Shown here: positions 25,838-36,930 of the stretch, one piece after another | Numbering within the stretch: position 1 is the first letter of the stretch | Layout of the letters: the number at the start of each line of letters is the position of its first letter | DNA from: Heterodontus francisci | Taxonomy: Eukaryota | Direction of reading: 5' to 3' | Assembly: GCF_036365525.1 (NCBI RefSeq) | Contig: NC_090372.1 | Span: 50,149,680 to 50,213,679 of the forward strand | Length of the DNA: 64,000 bases | Program-made: the position numbers and the translations under genes | The notes under the pieces: model-generated | Told to the model about the DNA's origin: nothing | The model's database searches: none | Seen by the model: the letters and a program-made list of their open reading frames with translations, nothing else

Positions 25838-26291
25838 TAAAGGCCTGCTCAGGTCACAGAAAAAAACCCGACCCGAACCTGACACAACCACATCGGACCC
25901 AAACCTGACCCGGCCTGAGTCCCTTCATTTTTCTCTTGCACCCGACCTGACCCGAGCCCGACCCAACCCGACCACTGGAATGTTCACTTTACCTACCTAG
26001 CGACTCCCAATCTGCAGGAAGCTGCAGCATGAGCACGATGATGTCATAGAGATGCTCACTTGCTCACTGCGCAGACTCAGAGTTGCCCTCTTTGACGTCC
26101 CGGACTCCCAGCTCAGGTAGGTTTTTTACTTTTAACACTTCTTGCTGTGTGTTTCTGACCTGGACCCAGCCCATCATGGACCTGGCCCCACCCGACTCAA
26201 GCCCGAAAGCCGGACCCGAAAGAGTGACCCGACCCGAACCCGACACATGTTGTTGGGTCCCGTCGGATTCGGGTCGAGCAGCAGTCCTTTA
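25838..26291. mobile_element. Non-autonomous hAT transposon (454 bp)
   Basis: TIRs TAAAGGCCTGCT / AGCAGTCCTTTA, perfect 8-bp TSD CACCAATC (25830-25837 and 26292-26299), many subterminal CCCGA repeats. Confidence 0.9.
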
Positions 26292-27602
26292 CACCAATCC
26301 ATGACATTATCTGTGATTGTTACTTCTCTGCTGGGTCACTGAATTGGACGTTTTGATCTGTCTGATCCCATCAGATCTTTCCTAATGCAGATCATGTAGG
26401 AGCACCGATACCAAAAATCATGGAGGAGTAAAAGTCTCACACGCCAATCTTCACAGTCAGGAAAAGATAGCTGTTTTCATGAATGCTTTGTTATATGAAC
26501 GGTTGAGGCAGAGGCCATTGCATCTTTTAAGAGTGAAGTAAATAAACATTTAAAGCAGGGTAATGAGAAGAAAATGAGGAAGTGGGATTTATTTGGATTG
26601 CTATACCAAAGATTTATTAAAGACACAGTTGGCAAAATGGAATCCTTCAGTACTGCAATTTCTACGATTCTCACAACAAAACGGGAAAAGAGCTAATGAT
26701 GTAACTGCGGGTGATGAAAGTGAAACTTATATTTTCAAAAATGAGTCAAGTACCTCAATAACGACGATATACCTCAGAGCTGTAATATTTATAAATTTTT
26801 TATACAAACAAGAATAGTACAGAGCACATAGCCCATGTTACATCTCCCACAGATGACATTTGTAGTGGAGAAGTTTTGTTGAACAAGTTTGAGCCAGGCA
26901 TATATTAGACTGAGCGGTGGAGTACAAACACTTAAATTCTGGGATTTTACTTAAATACTAAATAACAATTGAATAGAGGGTTGTGGTTTATCTGACTCAT
27001 CAGTTCATGTATTTTAATAAACTATAAATTCTTCAAGACCAGCTACTTAGTCTGTTGAACTTCTGCCAATTTGATCTTCAAGCTCACTGCCAGTGAAATC
27101 AAAGTCCCAGATGATTGCCAAAACCCAAAAACATTCATTTTTTGGACTAGAATCAACTTTGTAGACAATTATTTGGCTGATAATAGGTTGTGCATACATT
27201 TCTTTTGTGGCCGTTCAACTCAGTCTTACAATGCAGTAGACAGGATGACTTTAACGAGACAATAAAATTGTTTCAAAATGAATAAAGAACTGTCTGCAAA
27301 TTAACTATATTTATTAATGTGATTCTACATTTATTTTGATTTCACTGCTATCTCCCATTATACTTTTTAAAGCAAAAAGCAACATCTCTTGCCAAAGGGC
27401 CTGGCACAAACTCCTTGTTCATTTGAGCAGCTTTAATGTAATATTACAAATCCCGATTCTGTTCTAACAATTCTTTTCTTTTTCTATTAACCTGAGAAGG
27501 TATCATAATTTAATTATAATATACCTTCAGAAATGCCTTCACCTATGATTTCTATTAATTTGTGTAATCTGGTCCGTGTCAGTTTAGTTATATTATAAAT
27601 AT

Positions 27603-29042
27603 CATTACAGCCAGGTGAGAAGTGGCAGAATGGATTCCCTTTCTTTAAAAGCCTGCTCAGGTCACACAAAAAAACCCGACAGAACCACATCGGACCCGAG
27701 CCCAACCTGGCCCGTCTCTCCATTTTTTCCTGCGCCCGACCCGACCTGAGCCCCACCCAACCAGTGGAATGTTCCCTTTACCTACCCTGCGACTCCCAAT
27801 CTGCAGGAAGCTGCAGCATGAGCATGATGACATCATAGAGACGCTCACTCGCTCACTGCGCAGACTCAGAGTTTCCCTCTTTGACGTCCCAGACTCCCAG
27901 CTCAGGTAGGTTTTTTACTTTTAACACTTCTTGCTGCGTGTGTCCGACCCGGACCTGGCGTGTCCCAGACCCGGCCCGATCCGAGCCCAAACGCCGGACC
28001 CGGAAGAGCGACCCGACTCGAACCTGACATGTCATCGGGTCCCATCGGGTTCGGGTCGGGTAGCAGGGCTTTACCACCGATTCCGCCTCTCGGTTGACTA
28101 CAGTTTTCAAAAGAATTTGCTTGTCAATTTAGTGAGAAGTTCTGAAACTGTAAAATACACACGCAAACACGCTGTCTTGAAAAGTTTTAAAGGAAGAGGT
28201 AATAGTGTTTATTGTTCTTGATGCCTGATAAATAAAAATAATAAAAAACGCTCCAACTCACGCTCACATCTGCACCCAAGAGACTCACACACACACAGAA
28301 GTAGGTTACAACGAGGGAGGGTAGGTTAACTTGTTTAAGAAAGTCCAAAAGAAAGTCAATTATTTACAAATTCTGTAGGTTGATGGGTTGGATGGTTTCA
28401 GGCTGTGTTTGGTGATTTTTCCTGGATTTTGCGCAGATATGATTTACAGTCTTGATAGATGATCTCTGTCTTTTCCTTTGAAGTAAGAAGCTGTTTGGTT
28501 TACATTGAAGATGCCGCCTATGGTGTAGCTTGTCATATACAGGCAGGGCACACGCTTGCAGAACGGCTGGAGAAAGAGAGGGACAAGAAGTTCTCTTTCC
28601 ACTGTTACCTACTAATGGTCTGTCTACAATTCGGACTCACTCTGGAGATGCAGTCTCTTTCTAACACAATGGGCTAGCTTGCTACCACATGACCTCTTTT
28701 CACAATCTAGCTAGTTAACAAATATGGTCGCAGCAAGCTGTGAAACCCTCATTCCAGGCCCCTTGTCCAAAATGATGAGTTTAACTGAACGATCTGCACC
28801 CACCTGAATAGTCTGAACGCCTATGAGTAGTTCAGGTAATGGAACATTCACACTCATCTAAGCTGGTTCACTTTCAGACAGCACATTTCCTTTCTGATTG
28901 CTTTGTAACTTGCAAGGTGAAGTCATGTAAATGGGCTGTTTAGGCCACTTAAAAAATACTGTTTGTCAGTCTTTTTGAAACTTATCCTGTGTTCAGTCCA
29001 CTCAATAAATAAAGTAATTTTTTTTTGAAACATGGCTTTACA
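27603..29042. mobile_element. Probable solo LTR, interrupted by a hAT MITE
   Basis: Start (TTACAGCCAGGTGAGAAG) resembles the start of the LTR at 30427, and it ends ...GGCTTTACA. Terminal TG and TSD are degenerate. Confidence 0.5.
27646..28073. mobile_element. Second copy of the 25838 hAT MITE, same orientation
   Basis: TAAAAGCCTGCT...AGCAGGGCTTTA with an internal sequence closely matching 25838-26291. No TSD visible. Confidence 0.88.
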
Positions 29043-29579
29043 ATAATAGCCACATCATTATAGCCTATATTTATTATCACAGTCACAAGGTATTGCACAT
29101 GAACCTTCTAGCACCTACTGGCTCAGTAGGTATCATTGCAGCATGACTCAGACCTTACCCACTATTAAGAGCAGCAGACAACAACTTGCATTTATATAGT
29201 GCCTTTAACATAGTAAAACTTCCAAAGGTGCTTCACCACTGCCTCATTCATAGCCGTGCTAACATTATGACTGAAGAAATGAAACTCTAACCAGCATTTT
29301 GTGACAAAAAGTTCCACTACTACAAACTCAGAAAATTTTGTATAACCATAATTTACAGTGAAATTTGCAGGATTCATTCTCCTCCTGATGTGATCTTTTA
29401 CATACCAGTGATAAGGTAAAATCAATGAAACAGCCCCACATTTTTCAGTCTCACTATTGTACAGATATTTTCGTGCCAGTGTCATGAATTGTTCAGATTC
29501 TTCCTAATTACCTGTAGAACATTGTCTAAAGTGGGCATAATATGAAACCATAATTTATGAATGAGCAAGCGCTCTATTG

Positions 29580-31446
29580 CAGGGGTCGCCAATACGTCCA
29601 TCGTCAGCTAATTCGGTAGCTTTTTGAATAGTTCGCATAAAGCTTTGAAAAATTGGACTTAAAAAGAAAACCTAAGCAGATGGTGGTATAAAAGTAATAC
29701 CTAGACAGTGTGAAGGAAGTCCATGGTTGCTCGTCTTTTCCTCAACCCCTCTCAGTTAGACAGATCCTGTTGATAATGCTGCTCTCTGCCAGCCCCTCTC
29801 TAGCAGCAGCAGCAGCTGCAGCTGTTGCAGCTCCTTCGCCTATCAGAGATCCACTACAGCCCACCGTGCACACTGGGAGTTGGAGTTCCAACTCTCCATG
29901 TCCACCTGCCGCTTACAGTGAGATCCAGGCAGCAGGGGTACCACAACACCCAACATGCCCCAGGAGCCCCACAGCAAGCACAACCTAGCCCTGCCCTATC
30001 CCCGCACTCCCATTAGCATTGTGACATCAACAGACGCACAGGCTTTCCCACAGCAGCGTCTTCTGATTGGCTAATCAGCCAGCCAATCATTCCTTTCCAC
30101 CGCCCCCTTCAAACGCTTAACAACTTTCTGCAACAGACTGAAATTTTATTAGCAACAATCAGTGTAGAGCAGCTTGTCTTTGAATCTCAAAGTTGCTTTC
30201 ATTTTATTCCCCTTTATCATAGCACTTTGTTCTCAATCATTTGGAAATCTTTACTGGTTTAGAAAAAATGGCTGAGATCACCTTCTGCTCCGGTTGCATC
30301 TGAACAACTCCATCAGGGTTGCCCTCTCCAGTTACAAGCCGAATTTCACAGGACTGGTGGACAACATGCAGTGTCAAGTATCACATGGAAATACAGTAAT
30401 CATCAGTTTTCTTTCATATTAAATATTGTTAAGACCAGGTGAGAAAGGTGTCTAGGGGTCTTTCTCAGCCTTCACCTGGTCTTATTGTAACAGGGTTTAA
30501 CTTTTAAACACACTGTGTTTTGAGCTCCCCCTTGGTGAATCCTTGTTCACCACTTTCCAATTATAAGGCAAAGAAATGAGCATAAACAAGCTTTCTTAGG
30601 TTTAAAGAAGAAAAGTGACATTTATTAAAAGTAAAACTCTAATTTGGTTAACACCTATGGATACACGCCGAATAGAGACAGAAAAGAGAAGAAAAAATAA
30701 AGTAGAGAGGTTTGAGGCAATATCTGAAGAGTTTCTTGTTACTGTGCTTCGAGCTCACTGTCGTCCTTTTGTAGGTAGTTCTTGCTTGCAGGTAATTCTT
30801 GCTTTTCATTGGGGCCCAGTATTCTTCTTAAACCTTGTTCACTGTAGGCGACTTTTCTCTCTTGGGGTTCATGTGTCTTCAATGGGTCTTCAGTTCCGTG
30901 AGAAAGAGATGGGAGCAGACAGGAGAGAGATCTTTTCAGGCCAGGAACAAACTGCTTTCTGAGTTTTAAAACTCTGTGGCAAGTTCAAATTCAAAAAACT
31001 CCAACAGCCAGTTAGTCATGTGACTAAACTGGTCTGACCACATCTGTTTGTGTATTCAGCCATCTTAGCAGTTAACCAGGAACGCTAGCCTCTCCAATTT
31101 CAATGTCTGGTAATGAAAGGTCAATTGTGGATTAAATTGAAGCAGGGAGTGGCCTCTTGGTCCTTTCCGAGTACTGTCTGTTACTATGCAAGGGTCTGGT
31201 GGGTTTGTTTTAGAACAAGTTCTTTCTTTACTCCAGTAACAGTTTACAATGTTCATATGGCGAAATTAATGTCTCATTCTTGGCAGGTGGGGGCCTGCAT
31301 GACAATATCTTATAAAGTAATGACAATAGCTCCATATTTAGTTTGCATTTATCTATCCATAGTTTTTTAATATATGTTTAAATGACTCGTGATATTTTTC
31401 GTTTATCAGAAGTAGCTCTCATTAAAGAAAAGATTGGCGACCCCTG
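29580..31446. mobile_element. Non-autonomous hAT (Charlie-like ends) with a nested solo LTR
   Basis: Perfect TIRs CAGGGGTCGCCAA / TTGGCGACCCCTG and perfect 8-bp TSD CTCTATTG (29572-29579 and 31447-31454). Confidence 0.92.
30427..31304. mobile_element. Solo LTR (878 bp)
   Basis: TGTTA...TGACA termini and 4-bp TSD ATAT. Absent from the second hAT copy (empty site near 35490-35500). Confidence 0.85.
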
Positions 31447-31487
31447 CTCTATTGGATGGGAGACAAAGAGCTGATTAAAAGACAAGG

Positions 31488-32110
31488 GGGCTAGATTTTT
31501 AAAATGGCAGCCCCCCCCCACGTGAGCCGCATGCCAAAGAGCCGCTGTGATTCCAAGCACAGAGGCTTATTTAAATAGCCCTGGCAGGCCGCTCCTCCCC
31601 TCCATGTGGAGGGGGCGGACTCTCTGTCCCCAGCAATGGCATCAGCGCCTGTGCACATTTTTAAAGGGTTGTTAGCCCTACCAGTTAATTTAAATATTTA
31701 AAGGTAGAATGATTTAAATTAAGTAAAAACATTTCTTTTGTCCCTCCACCAATAACAATTAAATTAATTATTTGCCTTCCCCCCACAAAAACACCTACCT
31801 TGAACACCTGAACTTCCCCCACCCAAACTGCATAAACTTAAAAAAAAAACCTTCACACCATCCCCTACAACCATGACATTAATTTAAACCCCCCACCCCC
31901 ATCCCGCACTGATAAACTTACCTCCTCCCCCCTCCCCACAGGTGTTGCGCCTCGTTTCCCCGGACAGGGATTCAAAGGCACAGCAGCACTTCAGGAGACA
32001 ACGGGAAAGTCATTAATTCAGGTAAATAAATTAATCTGAATATTTCAATGACGGTCCTGTTGCCGAGCGGTGGGGGGGGGGCCGCATGAAGCCCCTATAA
32101 AATCCAGCCC
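31488..32110. mobile_element. PIF/Harbinger-type MITE
   Basis: Ends GGGCTAGATTTT / AAAATCCAGCCC. TSD unclear. Confidence 0.62.
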
Positions 32111-32600
32111 AGCAAGTTCCAAGATCACATGATAATTAAAGACAAGGAAGGCCATTTAGTCCATCTTTACTTCATCCATCTGAAAGATCCTAATGCCAAT
32201 CCCAATGTGGTATCCAATCACTTTTTAAATGTGACTTCACTACTCTATGTGGAAGTTTCTCCCACTATTTGAACAGATAGACATGGTTTTAGTTTAACAT
32301 CATGGAATCGGGAGCTGTTTCAACACCTGTCTGCAAAATTCATTAAAGGATTATGGTATGGTGGTGATCGGCAAACACGAATGACCATATCGATAAATGC
32401 CATAACAGACAAAATACATTGTTATTAACTTAATGCCTCAGCAGAAGAGATTGAATCAAAGATTTACTGTCAGCTATCAATTCATTACACTGTCTGGTCA
32501 AACAAGCTGATGTACTGTTTGCCACACAGCTCAGTTTGGATTTGCCATTATTTGGCTGAATCATCCATAACTTTAACTTTATCATTCCCCTTGTCAATTA

Positions 32601-33302
32601 GGGTGGAATTTTATGCTCTCCCCCGCAGTGGGTTTGGAGGTGGGGATGGCATAAAATGGGGTAGGATGGTAGCAGGTGGTGGGGGCAGGGGGGGTGTTGG
32701 TGGTGGGGTGGGGGAGACCCTCCGACCATCCCACTTCCGCCGAACTTTAGTCCAGGGTGGGTAAGCCTGTGAATGGCCTTCCCACCCTGCTGCCAATTGG
32801 GGCCCTTAACTGGGTAATTAATCCTTAATTTAAGGTCCTCTTCCTGCCTCAGCCACAATTATACAAGAAACCATGCAGGCTGCTTGGGGGGGGAGGGTCC
32901 CTCGTTCAAAGGCACAATGCCTGAACAAGGAACCTGGCATCAGGAAGGGGGAGGGGCAGGCTGAGGGCACCCCCCTGCCCTTGCTGCCAACCCCCCTCCA
33001 TCCCCTCCCTCGTGACCCCCACCCCACGAGACCCCTCCCGCGCTGACCTACCTTGAACCTGGTTCCAGCGCCGCTCCTCGGTGTTGGTCTCTGCAGCTAC
33101 AGCAGCTGATTGGCTGGCAGTTCTGCAAGGTTGGGACCTCCGGTGACGGGGTCCTAAATCCTACTGAAGGCCCACCACTGTCAAGGTAAGTGCCTGATTG
33201 GCACTAAATTCAGTAGGCCTTCCATACAAGAGGCGACGCAGGGATCTTGCCGTTGGTTTCCCCTGACTTCGAGACCCCCACTGCCAGCATAAAATTCTAC
33301 CC
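32601..33302. mobile_element. PIF/Harbinger-type MITE (702 bp)
   Basis: 17-bp TIRs GGGTGGAATTTTATGCT / AGCATAAAATTCTACCC with a 3-bp TTA TSD on both sides. Confidence 0.88.
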
Positions 33303-33344
33303 TTAATCTCTCCTTCCTTGCACCTTATCACAGAGTTTCCCTTT

Positions 33345-33535
33345 TGTTCTTCCCCCTGATCCTTCCTTATCTTGCCTCTGTACTTGCTAATTGCTAAATG
33401 GAATTAACTGTTACATTTTTAACATTTTTCAGTTCTGACAAAAGGTCATTGATCTGAAACATTAACTCTGTTTCTCTCTCCACGAATGCTGACTGATCTG
33501 CTGAGTATTTCCAGCATCTTCTGTGTTTATTCCAG
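33345..33535 (+). mobile_element. Penelope terminal-repeat fragment with a degenerate hammerhead motif
   Basis: AGTT-CTGACAA-AAGGTCATTGATCT-GAAAC-ATT-AACT at 33431-33467, followed by the shared CTGCTGAGTATTTCCAGCA tail. Confidence 0.7.
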
Positions 33536-33939
33536 GATATCAGACTCTTGGTTCAAACTCAGAATGTAGCAACAGAGGCTCGGAGAGTTCATTCTGACAG
33601 ACCAGGATCTCTACCAAATATCCATTTGGGAGGACCCATGGAGAGAGACAAAGTATCATAATATAGATTTCATCATACTTGTGAAGTGAATAATTTATGA
33701 ACCCCCTCTCAAACAGGCGAAACCCTTAAAGGAGCATTAGTGACAGAAAAAAAATCTGGCAACCTTTGCATAGTTTATAAAGAGCATGACACAAGTGATG
33801 TAGAATTGCCTCCTGGTATTACCTCCAGGTGTGGGTTTTCATTAGGATACAATGATACAAGCCTCTACTCACCTCTGTAATCTTTTACAGCTCTTAACAC
33901 AGAAATTCAAACGCATTAAGCTAACACTTTTTCGATAAG

Positions 33940-36930
33940 TCATAGAATCATGGATCATTCAGTCCATCCCGCCTCTGCAAGAGCAACTCATCTCACCCTT
34001 TTCCTACAGCCCCGGAAATATTTTCTCTTCAGGCGCTTTCCAATTCCCTTTTGAAAACCCCAATTGAATATGCCTCCAACACGGTATCAGGTAGTGCATT
34101 GCATATCCTAATCACTCGCTGCCTGAAAAAGCTTTTCCTCATGTTGCTGTTGATTCTTTTGACAACCACCTTAAAGTGGTGTCCTCTGGTTCTTGAACCA
34201 TTTGACAATTGGAACAGTTTCTCTTTATTGACTCTGTCCAGACCCCTCATGATTTTGAACACCTCTAACAAATCTCCTCTCAACTTTCTCTTCTCTAAGG
34301 AGAACAACCTTAACTTCTGCAACCGATTCACATAACTGAAGTCCCTCATCCCTGGAACCATTCTCATAATTTTTTTCTGCACCCTCTCTAAAGCCCTCAC
34401 TTCCTCCCTAAAACTTGGTACCCAGAGTTGGACACAATACACCAGGTGAGGCCGAAGCAGAGGTTGATAAAGGTTCATCATAACTTCCTTGCTTTTGTAG
34501 TCTATGCCTCTATTTATAAATTAAGTGACCACTTAATTGCCACTAACTGGCTACCCGCTGCTGCTGTTAAATCCCCCCTCCCGCCTCCAAAGTTGGTAAA
34601 TCCCCTCTCCCGCCTCCCTCATAAGATTCCGTCCTCTGTTTCCTGTCACTCAGCCAACTTCGTACCCATGTTGCCTTTCCTTTCTATTCCATGAGCTTCA
34701 ACTTTGCTGGCATATCTATTATGTGGCACTTTATCAAATGCTTTTTGGAAGTCCATATACACCACATCAACAACTATCTCCGTTACCTCATCAAAAAAAC
34801 CCAATCAAGTTAGTTAAACACAATTTGCCTTGAACAAATCCATGCTGGCTTTCCTTAATTAATCCACACTTGCCAAAGTGCCTGTTAATTTTGTCCCAGA
34901 TAATCAGCTCTAAAAGCATTCCCAACACCAAATTTAAACTGACTGGCCTGTAATTGGTGGGTTTATCATAATACTCTTTTTTGAACACAAATGTAACATT
35001 TGCAATTCTCCAGTCTTCTGGCACCATCCCTGTATCTAAGAGGGATTGGGAGATTATAGCCAGTACCTCCACAATTTCCACTCTTACTTCCCTCGGCACT
35101 CTCGGATGCATCTCATCTGGTCCTGGTGGCTTATCAACTTTAAGTACAGCCAGCCTTTCTAATACCTCCTCGATCAATTTTTAACCCATCAAGCATCTCA
35201 ACTACCTCCTGTTTCACTATAACTTTGGCAGAATCTTCTTCCTTGGTAAAGACAGGTGCAAAGTACTCATTTAGTACGTCAGCCATGCACTCTGCCTCTA
35301 TCCGTAGATCCTTTTTTGGTACCTAATCGGCCCCATGCCTCCTCTTCCCAGCAAAGAGGTCATCAATCTTTTCTTTAGTGAGAGCTACTTCTGATAAACA
35401 AAAATATAATGAACCACTCAAACATATATTGAAAAAATATGGATAGATAAATGCAAACTAAATATTTGCTATTATAATTGCATTATAATATTACATTTAA
35501 TATGAAGAAAAACTGATGTTAACTTTATTTCAATGTGATACTTGACAGTGTATGCTGGTCACCAGTCCTGCGAAATTCGTCTTGTAACTAGAGAGGGAAA
35601 CCCTAATGGAGTCGTTCAGATGCAACCGAAAGAGAAACTGATCTTGGCCATTTTTTCTTAACCAGTAAACATTTTCAAATAATTGAAAGCAAAGTGCTAT
35701 GATAAAGGGGAATAAAACAAAAGCAACATTGAGATTCAAATGCAAGCTGTTCTACACTGATTGTCGATAATAAAAGTTCAGTCTGTCACAGAAAGTTTTT
35801 AAGCGTTTGAAGGGGGCGGTGGAAAGGAATGATTGGCTGATTAGCCAATCAGAGGACACTGCTCTGGCAAAGAATGTGCATCCATTGACGTCACAATGCT
35901 AATGAAAGCATGGAGATAGGGGCAGGGCTAGGTTGCCCCTGTATGGAGCTCCTGGGGCATGTTGGGTGTTGCAGTCCTCACACTGCACACCCCACAACCA
36001 AACAACCAAGTTCGCCATGGAAATGGACAAGGAGCAACCTAAAGTAAAAATATACTAAATTTGACGAGGGTCAATTTCAGTGGGGTGAGAACGGATCTGT
36101 TCCAGATAAATTGGAATCAAAGATTGGCAGGCAAAACTCATAGAACATGCTTGAATCTTGCTGTAAGTGGGCGGTGGAAGCGGAGAGGTGGGACAACTCG
36201 CAGTGTACACGGGCTGTAGTTGATCTCTGATTTACAAAGGAGCTGCAACAGCTGCTGCTGCTTCCAGAGAGGGGCTGGTAGAGAGCAGCATTATCAATGG
36301 GAACTGTCTTACTGAAAGGGGTCAAAGAAAAGACGAGCAACTATGGATTTCCTTCACACTGTCTAGATATTACTTTTATTCCACTATCTGCTGGGGCTAT
36401 TTTTTTAGTGCAAGTTTTCAAAGTTTTATGCAAGTTACTCAAAGACCAACAGCGAGCTACCAGTAGCTTGTGATCAACATATTGGCAACCCCTGATTTAT
36501 ATCCTTATAGAAGACTTTGTTTTCCCTTTTATTTTAGTTGCCAGTCTATTCGCATACTCTCTCTTTAACCGTCTTATTTTATTTCTCACTTGCCCTCTGA
36601 ACTTTCTATATTCAGCCTGGTTCTTACTTGTATTATCTGACATCTGTCATAGGCACCCTTTTTCTGCTTCACCTTACTCTCTATCTCTCTCATCAACCAC
36701 AGAGCTCTGGCCTTGGTTGTCCTACCTTTCCTCCTTGTGGGAATGTACTTCAACTATACCTGAACCATCCCCTCTTTAAAGGCAGGCTATTGTTCCATGA
36801 GTTTTGCCTGCCAATCTTTGATTCCAATTTATCTGGAACAGATCCGTTCTCAGCCCACTGAAATTGACCCTCGTCGAATTTAGTATATTTTTACTTTAGG
36901 TTGCTCCTTGTCCATTTCCATGGCGAACTT
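33940..36930 (-). mobile_element. CR1 LINE (deleted), interrupted by a hAT element; continues beyond 39309
   Basis: Minus-strand ORFs LRPHLVYCVQLW, PEDWRIANVT, SQHGFVQGK. Endonuclease-region remnant at 39309-39710. Confidence 0.85.
35354..36494. mobile_element. Second copy of the 29580 hAT element, opposite orientation
   Basis: Reverse-complement similarity to 29580-30426 plus 31305-31446. Ends AAGAGGTCATCAA / TTGGCAACCCCTG. No TSD. Confidence 0.85.
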
